The notes under the pieces were generated by a model. The model was not told where the DNA came from, made no database searches, and worked only from the letters and a program-made list of their open reading frames with translations. From Promethearchaeati archaeon SRVP18_Atabeyarchaeia-1 (GTDB lineage Archaea; Asgardarchaeota; Atabeyarchaeia; Atabeyarchaeales; Atabeyarchaeaceae): 64,000 bases of DNA. The position numbers and the translations under genes are program-made. Positions 49,521-59,557 of the stretch are shown in pieces; within the stretch, counting starts at the first letter, position 1, and each line of letters begins with the position of its first letter. The DNA lies in the NCBI GenBank assembly GCA_037308085.1, contig CP147779.1, positions 1,824,001-1,888,000 on the forward strand, in the 5' to 3' direction.

Positions 49521-49706
49521 CGCCTCATGTTGTATTGGGGCAATCCTCCTTGCTTCAAAGCCCTTGAAGCCAAGACCGAATATTAAGGCATCTGCTAGAG
49601 ATTGACACGAGGCTGGTAGGCTGGAAAAAAGGGGGCTCGGCGCAAGCGACTCGTTAAAGCAGATTGAAGCCGCTTAGGATTCGCGCGAGTGGCGCCAGCC
49701 CAACCC

Positions 49707-50567
49707 CTATTTCATCTCCTCGAGCAAGGAGCTTATATCGGTTCCTTCAAGGGATGACCTAGCTAAGTTCACTCCCTTCACATGTGGAAGGTTCTCGTAG
49801 TATGTGGGTCGTTGCTCCTTGTAGAAGAGGCCTATCGGTATGTGGTCGCCCCACTCGAAGCACTTCTCTAGAGCCTTCTTCCTGTCTGTGAAATCATGGC
49901 CTTTGTCTTCGAGCTTGTACACTCTTTGGCGGTACCAGTCGTAGGTGTTGAGGTAGTTGAAGCTGACGCAGACTTGCAGAATATCAATGTAGCCGAAGCC
50001 CTTGTGCTTGATCGCCTGAACAATTAGGTTCTGTAGATGCCTTGTTTCTCCTACGTAGCCGCGTGCCACGAAGGTTGCGTTGCTGACCAGGGCGTGTGCC
50101 AGCGGGTTTATTGGTGGGACTAGTGCGCCGTAGGGTGTGGATTTGCTCTTGAATCCGACTGAGGTTGTCGCTGTCGTCTGTCCGGTGGTTAGCCCGAAGA
50201 CCATGTTGTCGTGTACAAGGAGTGTCATGTTTATGTTTCTCCTTATCGCATGGACAAAGTGATCCCAGCCCTCATCATAGCAGTCGCCGTCGCCAGAGAA
50301 CCCTATTACCTTCAGGTCTGGGTTGGCGAGAGTTATCCCAGTGGCAAGTGGAAGTACCCTGCCATGGATGCTGTGGAAACCGTTTATGTTTACGTAGTCG
50401 ATCATTTTGCCGTGGCAGCCAATTCCCGAAACTAGGCACAGCTTCTCTCTGTCCAGACCTGAGTCAACTATGGCACTCTTAACTGCAGTAAGAATGCCGA
50501 AGTTACCGCAACCGGGGCACCAAGTGCTCTTTCTTGGAGTTTGGAGATCTTTGAGCGTAGTTCCCAC
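49707..50567 (-). CDS. 2-oxoacid:ferredoxin oxidoreductase beta subunit
   Basis: WCPGCGN, SGIGC, GDGD and FGLTTGQ. Confidence 0.95.
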   Translation of the reverse strand: MGTTLKDLQTPRKSTWCPGCGNFGILTAVKSAIVDSGLDREKLCLVSGIGCHGKMIDYVNINGFHSIHGRVLPLATGITLANPDLKVIGFSGDGDCYDEGWDHFVHAIRRNINMTLLVHDNMVFGLTTGQTTATTSVGFKSKSTPYGALVPPINPLAHALVSNATFVARGYVGETRHLQNLIVQAIKHKGFGYIDILQVCVSFNYLNTYDWYRQRVYKLEDKGHDFTDRKKALEKCFEWGDHIPIGLFYKEQRPTYYENLPHVKGVNLARSSLEGTDISSLLEEMK

Positions 50568-50569
50568 TT

Positions 50570-52324
50570 CTAGAGCACCCCCTTAATTTTCTGTGCGAGA
50601 CTATCCGGGTTCCAAGGTCTCCCATCGTATTTCAGAATCTTGCTGTCAACATCTCTTAGAGTGTATTGGCGGATTAGGCCAGAAAGCTGCGAGGTGAAGC
50701 TGTTCTCCACGATTACCGTCTTCTTTGCATTCTTTAGCGTGTCTTCGAGCACTTTAATCGGGAAGGGATGCAGGTAGACTATCTGCCGGTAGTTTACCGA
50801 AATGCCCTCTTTACTCAGAATTCTCATTGCTTCTCTTATCGGACCCTTGGTTGAGCCCCATCCTATTATCGTTGCATCTGCGTCTTCTTGTCCGAATAGC
50901 CTTGTTGTTTCTATTTCCTTCTCGACAAGCTCTCTTTCGAGGTATTCGAGTTTCCTCATTCTCTTCTCCATCATCTTGACTGTGAGGTCAGGTCGCTCCG
51001 TGGTGTACCCAGATTCATCGTGTTCATCTGAATTCGTGCGGATGATGGCTCCCATGGTAGATGGAATTAGTCTTGGAGATACTCCTGTTTCGGTAATTCT
51101 ATGCCTCTTGTATTCCTCTGCCCCAGCGTACCTGTCTATTATATCGAGTTCGCCCCTCTCGATTCCTATGCGTTCCGGGTCAAAAGGGGTCACTGACATC
51201 TGGCTCTCGACGAGATACTTGTCGACGAGAAGAATGGCGGGTAGCTGATACTTTTCCGCCCAATTGAAGGCCATCATTGTTTCATAGAAGCATTCATCGA
51301 TGTCTCCGGGGGCGACGACAACTCTCGGGAACTCACCCTGCGACGCATGAAGAACGAACCTGAGGTCTCCTTGAGATGTGTAGGTAGGTAGCCCAGTGCT
51401 CGGTCCGTTTCTGATCCCCATAGCTATGACAACTGGCGTTTCGGTCATGCCTGTCATCCCTAAACCTTCAGTCATGAGGCAGAAGCCTCCACCAGAGGTT
51501 GAGGTCATCGCTCTCACTCCAGCGAACGATGCGCCGGCAGCCATGATCAAGGCAGCGATTTCGCCTTCAGGATGAAACACGATCATTTTGTAATTCCTCT
51601 CTTTCTCCGCCATGAAGGTAAGGAGGCCACTCACTGGGGTCATTGGGTAGGCCACGTAGAGCTTGCACCCAGCAGCTATAGCCGCCGTTCCTATCGACTC
51701 GTTTCCCGTCAGGAATATCTTTGTCTTTCCCGAGGATCTTGTCTTGCTGAGATGGCACCCAAAGTCGTCTGGGAAGTTCTGGTGTGCGTAGTCGTATCCC
51801 TTTCGAGCAGCAGCTATGCTTGTCGCCGCAGCCTTATCGCTGAAGGTGTCTCCCAGCACCTCTTCCAGCATGGCGAAGTCGTAGTCCACGATTTTCATGG
51901 CGGCCCCGAGGGCCACAGTGTTCCTAGATATTAGATCCTGCTTCAGATCCTCAGTGACGATCCTCTTCAGCGGAATAGGATAGAACTTCAAGTCACCTCT
52001 TCCCGCAGCCTGCTTTGGATCGGGCGTATCCTCTGGATCGTATATGATTCCGCCGCCTGAAGCCATCTCATCCTTGTGAAGCGCAATTGTCTCCGCATTC
52101 AGAGCAAGAAGCAGGTCAACAAGGTCAGCTTGGGAGTATACCTCATTCTCACGTATCCAAGCGACGTAGAAGTTGTGTCCTCCCCTGATTAGCGACTGGT
52201 AGTCGTTTGTGCCGAAAGCATGCATTCCTCCGCGCATGCAGGCCTTGGCGAAAAGATAGCCTGCACGGGTTATGCCTGCCCCAGCTTCTCCTCCTACCAT
52301 AACAGAGAGATCGTTGACTTTCAT
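50570..52324 (-). CDS. 2-oxoacid:ferredoxin oxidoreductase alpha subunit (gamma-alpha fusion)
   Basis: GGEAGAG, IRGGHN, AYPMTP, TSTSGGG and GPSTGLPT. Confidence 0.95.
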   Translation of the reverse strand: MKVNDLSVMVGGEAGAGITRAGYLFAKACMRGGMHAFGTNDYQSLIRGGHNFYVAWIRENEVYSQADLVDLLLALNAETIALHKDEMASGGGIIYDPEDTPDPKQAAGRGDLKFYPIPLKRIVTEDLKQDLISRNTVALGAAMKIVDYDFAMLEEVLGDTFSDKAAATSIAAARKGYDYAHQNFPDDFGCHLSKTRSSGKTKIFLTGNESIGTAAIAAGCKLYVAYPMTPVSGLLTFMAEKERNYKMIVFHPEGEIAALIMAAGASFAGVRAMTSTSGGGFCLMTEGLGMTGMTETPVVIAMGIRNGPSTGLPTYTSQGDLRFVLHASQGEFPRVVVAPGDIDECFYETMMAFNWAEKYQLPAILLVDKYLVESQMSVTPFDPERIGIERGELDIIDRYAGAEEYKRHRITETGVSPRLIPSTMGAIIRTNSDEHDESGYTTERPDLTVKMMEKRMRKLEYLERELVEKEIETTRLFGQEDADATIIGWGSTKGPIREAMRILSKEGISVNYRQIVYLHPFPIKVLEDTLKNAKKTVIVENSFTSQLSGLIRQYTLRDVDSKILKYDGRPWNPDSLAQKIKGVL

Positions 52325-52506
52325 GCAAATCTCACCAACCATAACCTACTCTTACTTCTGATTCTCTCTACCAAACCAGACCACCGATTCATTCGTCCCT
52401 CAGCCGCTCTTCCGTTCCTTATTGGTGTAGTGGAAGACTCGAGTCGAACATAAAAACTTGTCTTTCATTGCATCCAGCAGGCAATCATGAGAGGTAGTTG
52501 ACTCCA

Positions 52507-54780
52507 CTATTGCAGCTGTATCTCGTGTCTTTCTAGCCTTCCACTTGAGGCAGCCTTCTTTCCGTCCACATAGATGTTTAGTCCTTCCTCGTATCTCTCA
52601 GTGTTCTTGGCTGCCCAGGTTACCCCTATAACATGCCCCTGGTACCTCACTCTTTCTATGGAAAAGCTCCGAAGATTAAATGGAAGTGGATCGACTACGA
52701 GCAATTTCTGTTCCTCATCCATAGGTCTGATGCCGCAGACGTACTTTATTATCAAGTCGACAACCCAAGAGTGCTGGTAGTCGTCGACTCCTCTGTAGTC
52801 GCATGGACCGCCTGTTATTGGGTTGTAGTGCTCGTAGCAGTTGGGGCGGTTAACATCGTCATTGAAGAACATCATCCTGATGTACCTAGAAATGAAATCG
52901 GCTGCGGTTGCCCTCAAATCTCTGTCGCCAAGGTTCTCCCCGGCATGGACTAGCGCTTCAGCTATATGGCTATTCGTCATGGGCCACACGCGCCCATTCC
53001 ACGGGCACATCATTCGCTTTCCCTTCCATTCCGCGTCGGGGCTGAAGTATTCGTTATCCATGCTCAACGTCGCCACGGGGAACGGCGTCCAGAACTCCTT
53101 CTTGTTAAGCAAATGCTGCCTGATTGCTGGGAGGTGATCAGGCGAGGCGATGTCACAAATAAAGGGGTAGAATCCTATTGCAGCCTTCACCTTTGTTTTC
53201 CAGTGGTCGCTAGGTCTCACATCGTAGAACATATTGTCTTCCTTGTCCCACATAGTTGATCGAACGGACCCCCTACACGCCGCGGCACCATTCGCGAAAG
53301 TCTTAGCTTCATCATTCCTGCCCAGCTTGGCTGCTATGGAAGCTAGGGCGTTGTACAGCTCGTAGATATAGACTGTTGCGTCAACGCCCTCCAAGGGCTC
53401 CTGAAGAGGCTTGTCCTTGTCAGCCTCAGCATCTACGAAGAGATACCTTGGATTCATCTCTTGACCAGATTCGTATTGATCTATGATATCGTATAGGTAG
53501 TCCTCGTCCGAGTCTCTTTCGCTCTTGAAGTAGTTCAAGTACTTTCTAAGCGGCTCGTAGATCTGCTCTAGGAAGGATTTGTCCGGATGAACCTTGTCAA
53601 GTTCTCGCACTGCCCTACCCCAATTAGCGTGATAGAACGTGTTGTCCCTCACGTCGCTGAAGCCAACAATGCCAGGAAGAAAACCGTTGGGCTTCTGATG
53701 GCTAAAGAGATCCATTATGCATCCCCGTGCGAGAACTGGGTCAGACATCCACCTCGTCTCCAGCACGTGGCACTGAGCAGAATAGGAGATATGCTTCCTG
53801 AAAACCCTCAGTCCCTCATAGACGCAGGGATGCGTGTGATTCCCGTAACCACCCTCGACACTCATGAGATGTAGTCCATACCACCTATACCAGTAGTATT
53901 TCTCAAGGTACGGATCCGAACAGTGAAACTCTGGGACGAGTGAGAAGAAACTCCTCCAAGATTCCTCGCTCGAGTCTGGCTGCTTGGCTCCGACCTCTTT
54001 CTCGAGTCTGTTAACTGATTCGTCCTCCCTAGTGGCAAAAGAAGCACTGAAGCTAAAGGTGAGTATCCCCCCGGAATTCAGTTTAAGGGGGTAATGGAGT
54101 CCGATGTAAAGTAGTCCGTAGGGGTCAGTTCCAACTTGACGCTTGACTTCGTCTTTGAATAGACCGCCCCAGATCTTGTCAGCGAATGGGGTCAACTCCC
54201 ATCTTGGCTTGTTCTCAGAGCCTTGTGAGAGGTTCACGGTGAATGACGAGAAATCTTGCTTGGAACCGATAACCTGCACTATGTTGGGGTTCTTCCGTGC
54301 AATGGCGAGAAACCTCCTGCCAAGAGGCTTTGCGTCTAGGACAGTTGCGGAGGGATAGGCGACCCAAGCTACCAGATGCAGAAAACGTGGGGCTGGCGAC
54401 TCGGCTCCCTGTTCGCCGACCGCGATCTGCAGAGTGGATGTCAGAGCATTATTCGGCGTCACGGTCTTATGCTCGATGACCTCTATCCCCCTATCGGAGA
54501 AGAACCGCTGCCTAAAGTATGCAGGAGTCCAGAAAAGGCTTGACTGGTCATGCTGCAGCCTTATGGGTTTGAGATCCTCATCAAGTATGTTGACCGTAAA
54601 TACTGGTTCCACCTTGATGTCAAAGTAGTCGGCGTAGTCATAGAACCCAGGAACATCAAGATACTCAGGAAACGACGGCGCGTACACCAAGCCGACCCCA
54701 TTTCCTAGAAACCACTTGTCGCCTCTACGTGAAAGAAAGGAAAGCGGGTCAAAACCAACTGTCATAGTTGCCAACCCCAT
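52507..54780 (-). CDS. (alpha/alpha)6 glycoside hydrolase, GH63/MGH1/trehalase-like
   Basis: YWYRW, ESGQE, WNGRVWPMTN and EHYNP..G. Confidence 0.8.
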   Translation of the reverse strand: MGLATMTVGFDPLSFLSRRGDKWFLGNGVGLVYAPSFPEYLDVPGFYDYADYFDIKVEPVFTVNILDEDLKPIRLQHDQSSLFWTPAYFRQRFFSDRGIEVIEHKTVTPNNALTSTLQIAVGEQGAESPAPRFLHLVAWVAYPSATVLDAKPLGRRFLAIARKNPNIVQVIGSKQDFSSFTVNLSQGSENKPRWELTPFADKIWGGLFKDEVKRQVGTDPYGLLYIGLHYPLKLNSGGILTFSFSASFATREDESVNRLEKEVGAKQPDSSEESWRSFFSLVPEFHCSDPYLEKYYWYRWYGLHLMSVEGGYGNHTHPCVYEGLRVFRKHISYSAQCHVLETRWMSDPVLARGCIMDLFSHQKPNGFLPGIVGFSDVRDNTFYHANWGRAVRELDKVHPDKSFLEQIYEPLRKYLNYFKSERDSDEDYLYDIIDQYESGQEMNPRYLFVDAEADKDKPLQEPLEGVDATVYIYELYNALASIAAKLGRNDEAKTFANGAAACRGSVRSTMWDKEDNMFYDVRPSDHWKTKVKAAIGFYPFICDIASPDHLPAIRQHLLNKKEFWTPFPVATLSMDNEYFSPDAEWKGKRMMCPWNGRVWPMTNSHIAEALVHAGENLGDRDLRATAADFISRYIRMMFFNDDVNRPNCYEHYNPITGGPCDYRGVDDYQHSWVVDLIIKYVCGIRPMDEEQKLLVVDPLPFNLRSFSIERVRYQGHVIGVTWAAKNTERYEEGLNIYVDGKKAASSGRLERHEIQLQ

Positions 54781-54830
54781 TCCTGAAATAGCGTAGGCTC
54801 GCTACTGGAAATTCCCACGCTCTTCGGTTA

Positions 54831-55032
54831 GTGAGCTACCAACCCCTTTAAGGGCGTTGGCTTCCTGGTTCACGGACCAAGCTTGCCTTGGCGTGTCGGG
54901 CACCGTTGAGGTACCCAGGGCGCCGGGGTAGCGGCTTCGATCTCCGCAGGCGTAGATTCGGCACGCACCGTACCTACTGCCCAGGCAGAGGCATGTTCCT
55001 CTATTTAAACCCGCCATTCACACCCTAAAAGG
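54831..55032 (-). mobile_element. Non-autonomous IS200/IS605-derived element (copy E3) with a partly eroded left hairpin and an omega-RNA-like scaffold
   Basis: Reverse strand shares a ~44-nt identical block with E2. TTTAAATA TATA-like box at 55002-09. Right end GAAG-CCAACGCCC-TTAA-AGGGGTTGG-TAGCTCAC. Confidence 0.8.
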
Positions 55033-55227
55033 TCACGCTATATTAAGTCCGAGTAAAGCCAATTTGACACTAATAGAGCTAACTGATATGCAAAAATATT
55101 TATTTGCAGGACTAGTTTGTAGGCTACTTACCGATGGGCCGCAGAAGAATGGTGTGACCCGGGCGAGGAAGACGCTATTTGAAGATGAGTAGAAGGTGAT
55201 TAGTTGACTGAACCTAAAGGAGCTGCT

Positions 55228-56529
55228 ATGAAGGATAAGAAGGGCGGAGACGTAGCGATCCAATGGCATGGATTCTACCGGGGAAAAGTGGGTACTCAGA
55301 TCAAGGTTCCGATAACCTCACTTAACGATTTTTCGTACTGGTACACGCCGTACGTGGCTGATGTCTGTCGGGCGATCCAGGCAGACGACCACCGACAATA
55401 CGAGTTAACCAATAAGTCGAACTTGGTTGCCGTGGTCACCGATGGCACGCGGATCCTCGGGCTTGGGGACATTGGCCCCAAGGCAGGCATGCCAGTCATG
55501 GAAGGTAAAGCGCTGATCTTCAAGTACCTTGGAGACGTCGACGCTTTCCCAATATGCCTCGGCACAAAAGACGCGGATCATATAGTCCAGGCAGTGAAAT
55601 GGATAGCGCCAACCTTCGGAGGCATAAACTTGGAGGACATAGACTCGCCCAAGTGCTTCAAGGTCCTTAAAGAGCTAACCAGGCAGCTTGACATATTCGT
55701 CTGGCACGACGACCAGCAAGGAACTGCGACTGTGATCCTCGCGGGGCTCATTAACGCACTAAAAGTAGCGGGGAAGAAGATAGGTGAGATTCAGACCACG
55801 GTAATTGGCGCAGGTGCAGCTGGCATCCCAACAGCAAGACTCCTGATCGAAGCTGGGGCGAGGCGGGAAGATGTAATCATGGTCGACAGCAAGGGGATCC
55901 TCTATGATGGCAGACCAGATATGGACGACTGGAAAGCTGGGATCGCGCGGATAACTAACGGCGACCGAAAAACCGGGGAAATAGAGGAGGCTTTGGAAGG
56001 CTCTGACGTCGTCATAGCAATATCGAAGCCGGGCCCAGGCGTCGTAACGAAGGAGATGGTGAAGTCGATGGCTAGCAACTCGATAGTATTCGCACTGGCA
56101 AACCCAACGCCAGAGATACTTCCCACCGATGCCAAAGAGGCCGGAGCCAAAGTCGTGGCAACAGGCAGATCCGACTTCCCGAATCAAGTCAACAACAGCT
56201 TAGGGTTCCCCGCGATTTTGAGGGGCGCACTGGACGTCCACGCAAAGGCCATAAACACGGAAATGATGATAGAGGCTGCCACTGAGGTCGCGAAGTTCGC
56301 TGAAGAGAAGGGGATCAGCGAGGACTACATAGTTCCCCGGATGACGGAGCTCGAAATGTACCCAAGAGAAGCAGCGGCAATCGTGCGCGCAGCGATCAGA
56401 ACAGGGGCCGCGCGGGTAAAAGTCGATCCAAAGCAGGTGCAGGAAGACATGCTGAAAAGGATAATGGCCAACAAGAAGATCAACGAACTACTGATGAAAG
56501 AAGGCTTCATCAAACCATTCCCACGATAG
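55228..56529 (+). CDS. NAD(P)-dependent malic enzyme
   Basis: YTPYVA, VTDGTRILGLG, EGKA, NLEDI, HDDQQGT, GAGAAG and ATGRSDFPNQVNN. Confidence 0.95.
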   Translation: MKDKKGGDVAIQWHGFYRGKVGTQIKVPITSLNDFSYWYTPYVADVCRAIQADDHRQYELTNKSNLVAVVTDGTRILGLGDIGPKAGMPVMEGKALIFKYLGDVDAFPICLGTKDADHIVQAVKWIAPTFGGINLEDIDSPKCFKVLKELTRQLDIFVWHDDQQGTATVILAGLINALKVAGKKIGEIQTTVIGAGAAGIPTARLLIEAGARREDVIMVDSKGILYDGRPDMDDWKAGIARITNGDRKTGEIEEALEGSDVVIAISKPGPGVVTKEMVKSMASNSIVFALANPTPEILPTDAKEAGAKVVATGRSDFPNQVNNSLGFPAILRGALDVHAKAINTEMMIEAATEVAKFAEEKGISEDYIVPRMTELEMYPREAAAIVRAAIRTGAARVKVDPKQVQEDMLKRIMANKKINELLMKEGFIKPFPR

Positions 56530-56837
56530 CCACTGCATAGTGGCATTCATGTGGGCGCCGTCAGCATTCCTCTTATCTCTTCGACATTCCCGATATCGGC
56601 ACAACATTGTCAGTGCACTAGAGGTTGGTTCGGACACGAAATGAGAAGGATGAGGAGAAGCATTGAAAATGCAAATCGTTCTTCCTCAAGGTGATACTCT
56701 ATTCTCCCCCTTTTTCCGCTGCAGAATAGAAAGGCTTTTTTGTAGGAGATTTAGAACTATGACTGTGTTTCAAGCTCAAAAGGGGAATGTCTGGAGAAAT
56801 ACAGGTTGCAAGAAATAGCCTTGGAGAATGATGGGTT

Positions 56838-57884
56838 TTGAGAATACTCAAAATGGAGAAAGATGATCTAGACTGTTTTCTCATGGAGACTAGCTCGTTT
56901 GGTGAGCTCTGGGGCCCCACAAAGGAAAATGGAAGGTTCCTCTATGGAAAAATCGAGGATCGAAGCCGACTATACCTAGGCAACGAGATACCGATGATTC
57001 CTCCGAAGAAGCTTTTTCACCCACCGACTTTCGACATGTTTCGTTTCTCTGAGAAGGGCTTCGAGCCTAACTATGATTGGATTACGAACAGGGTTTTGTT
57101 CGGAATCCATCCGTGCGACATTCACGGGCTCTTGATCCTTGACAAGTTCTTTGGTGGGTACCCCGCAGCTGATCCATACTGGGCTAAGGCCAGAGAGAAG
57201 ACCGTCATTGTAGGTTACTCATGTATTCCGTGTGAGAGCTGCCTATGCAAGTCGACTAATACCGACATCGTTCATGAGGGCTTTGACTTATTCTTCACGG
57301 ATCTCAAGGACTACTACCTTGTTTGGGTGGGGTCGAGCATTGGAGACGACATGACGAGAGTCAGGCAAGACATATTCGATGAGAAGGTGGAAAAAGAGGA
57401 CATTAAGAAGTACTTCGAGTGGCGCAAAGAGAGGGACAGCTGCTTCGTGAAGGGCTTCGAATTCAAGAACCTGCCTGACATGATGGAGCTCAGCTATGGT
57501 AGCAACGTATGGGAAGGCTTTGGGGACAAATGCCTCTCGTGTGGGCAATGCACAATGGTTTGCCCAACGTGTAACTGCTATGACGCCTACGACCAGATAG
57601 ACTTGAGCCCCGAACTCAAGGGTACACGCCGTCGACAGTGGGACTCGTGTATGTTCTCCGACTATTCCCTCGTTGCGGGCGGGCACAACTTCAGAGGCAA
57701 GCGCTCAGAGCGCCTGAAGCTCTGGTACACGCACAAGTTAAGAGCATATGAGGCGGAATTCGGAAAGCCTGGGAGCCCGTCATGCGTGGGTTGCGGGCGA
57801 TGCATACAGACTTGTCCAGTTGACATAAACGTTTTGACTGTTTCTGATGCACTCTTGACAGGGGAGGTGCCAAAACAAAAATGA
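56838..57884 (+). CDS. hydB: Group 3b hydrogenase (sulfhydrogenase) beta subunit, Fe-S
   Basis: GIHPCD, CLSCGQCTMVCPTCNC, GGHNFR and CVGCGRCIQTCP. Confidence 0.92.
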   Translation: MRILKMEKDDLDCFLMETSSFGELWGPTKENGRFLYGKIEDRSRLYLGNEIPMIPPKKLFHPPTFDMFRFSEKGFEPNYDWITNRVLFGIHPCDIHGLLILDKFFGGYPAADPYWAKAREKTVIVGYSCIPCESCLCKSTNTDIVHEGFDLFFTDLKDYYLVWVGSSIGDDMTRVRQDIFDEKVEKEDIKKYFEWRKERDSCFVKGFEFKNLPDMMELSYGSNVWEGFGDKCLSCGQCTMVCPTCNCYDAYDQIDLSPELKGTRRRQWDSCMFSDYSLVAGGHNFRGKRSERLKLWYTHKLRAYEAEFGKPGSPSCVGCGRCIQTCPVDINVLTVSDALLTGEVPKQK

Positions 57885-58738
57885 ACCGAAGCATTGAGAC
57901 CAAAACCGAGAGCCCTTACATCTCCGAGCCTTGCAAGATACTTCGGAGGACTGACCTTGCGGAAGGAGTGAGGCTATTCCAGATCCGGCCAATCAACGAA
58001 AACTCTACGCTAGCCGTTAACTATAGCCCCGGTCAGTTTGTGATGGTCTCGGTTCCAGGCATAGGCGAAGCACCAATCTCGATCTCCTCAACTCCCACAC
58101 GCCCCGGTACACTGGATTTGGGAATTAGGAATGTCGGAAGGTTGACCGAGGCCGTGTTGCAGCTGAAGGAGAAAGATACGATGTTTGTCAGAGGACCATA
58201 TGGTAACAACTTCAACATCTCAGCAATGGAGGGCAAGGATCTCCTTATAGTTGCAGGGGGAATCGGAATGATTCCACTCCGTTCAGTGCTACTCTTTTCA
58301 CTCGACAACAGAGAATTGTTCAAACGCGTAATTTTCCTGTATGGCGCCCGGACACCAGATGAAAGGCTCTTCAAGGCTGACTTGGACGAACTGAAAGAGC
58401 GAGGCGATGTCGAGTGTCACTACTCCGTCGACCGAGATCCTACTGGAAAGTGGCCTGGGAAAGTAGGTGTAGTAACCACGTTGTTCGCGGACCTGCAGGA
58501 TATCAACCCTGACAGCACATCAGTCGTAATTTGCGGTCCGCCGGTGATGTATACCTATGTCATTAGGGAACTGCTGAAAATCAAGATACCCAAGAACCAG
58601 ATACAAATGACCCTCGAAAGGAGGATGAAGTGTGGGATAGGGAAGTGCGGTCACTGTGCGGTAGACGAACTCTACGTGTGCAGAGATGGCCCCGTGTTCA
58701 CCTACTGGGATGTCATGCACTCCAGGGAGCTGATATAG
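57881..58738 (+). CDS. hydG: Group 3b hydrogenase gamma subunit (FAD/NAD(P)-binding, 2Fe-2S)
   Basis: PGQFVM, RGPYGN, AGGIG, CGPPVM, ERRMKCGIGKCGHC and CRDGPVF. Confidence 0.92.
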   Translation: MNRSIETKTESPYISEPCKILRRTDLAEGVRLFQIRPINENSTLAVNYSPGQFVMVSVPGIGEAPISISSTPTRPGTLDLGIRNVGRLTEAVLQLKEKDTMFVRGPYGNNFNISAMEGKDLLIVAGGIGMIPLRSVLLFSLDNRELFKRVIFLYGARTPDERLFKADLDELKERGDVECHYSVDRDPTGKWPGKVGVVTTLFADLQDINPDSTSVVICGPPVMYTYVIRELLKIKIPKNQIQMTLERRMKCGIGKCGHCAVDELYVCRDGPVFTYWDVMHSRELI

Positions 58739-58753
58739 AAGGAGGAAATACTC

Positions 58754-59557
58754 ATGGTAAAGAAAGAGCAAAGCGCAAAACCCAAGGTGGGAATATACGA
58801 ACTCACAGGATGTTCAGGTGAGCAGCTCATCTTTCTTCACAGCGAGGAGCTTCTGCTTGACCTTGTCAAACTGATCGATCTTAAGGTCTGGGTCATGGCA
58901 TCCAGCGGACCAGAGATAGATGATGTGGATGTTGCCCTAATCGAGGGCTCATGTAGCACAGAGCAAGATGCAGAACGCCTGAAAGAAATAAGGAGCCGCG
59001 CCAAGAAACTCGTGGCCATGGGCGACTGCGCCTGCTACGGTTGCATCCAGGCGCAATCCGCGGCTGACGGACAGTACCTAGAGAGACTGAAGCAAGTCTA
59101 CGGAGACTCGCCCATAGTGAAGATTAGAAAGCCAGTCGAGGCACAGCCAGTCGATGCCATTGTCAAGGTTGACTACTACCTGCCGGGATGCCCAATTAAC
59201 GCGAGACAGACCTTCGCCTTGGTTACGAGACTCGTAAGAGGATTCCAGCCTGAAAACTCGAGGTTCCCAGTCTGCATGGAATGCAGATTCAAGGATAACG
59301 ATTGCATGCTATACAACGGCAAATTCTGCCTGGGCCCGATCACTCTGACGGGCTGCGGCGCGGTTTGCCCCTCAATGAACCTGCCCTGCGTGGGCTGCTT
59401 TGGGCTCAACGAGGACGGTAATCTGGCGGCAGAGGTCAAAAAGCTGGAAGAGAACGGATACAAGAAGGAGGACATCATCAGGAGAATAAGGGTCTTCGGA
59501 GGGGCGAAAACTGCTAAGACCATACAGACAATGCTACAGGAGGGAGCCAAGAAGTGA
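58754..59557 (+). CDS. hydD: Group 3b hydrogenase delta (small) subunit
   Basis: LTGCSGE, EGS, GDCA, PGCP, VCMEC and CLGPITLTGCGAVCP. Confidence 0.92.
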   Translation: MVKKEQSAKPKVGIYELTGCSGEQLIFLHSEELLLDLVKLIDLKVWVMASSGPEIDDVDVALIEGSCSTEQDAERLKEIRSRAKKLVAMGDCACYGCIQAQSAADGQYLERLKQVYGDSPIVKIRKPVEAQPVDAIVKVDYYLPGCPINARQTFALVTRLVRGFQPENSRFPVCMECRFKDNDCMLYNGKFCLGPITLTGCGAVCPSMNLPCVGCFGLNEDGNLAAEVKKLEENGYKKEDIIRRIRVFGGAKTAKTIQTMLQEGAKK

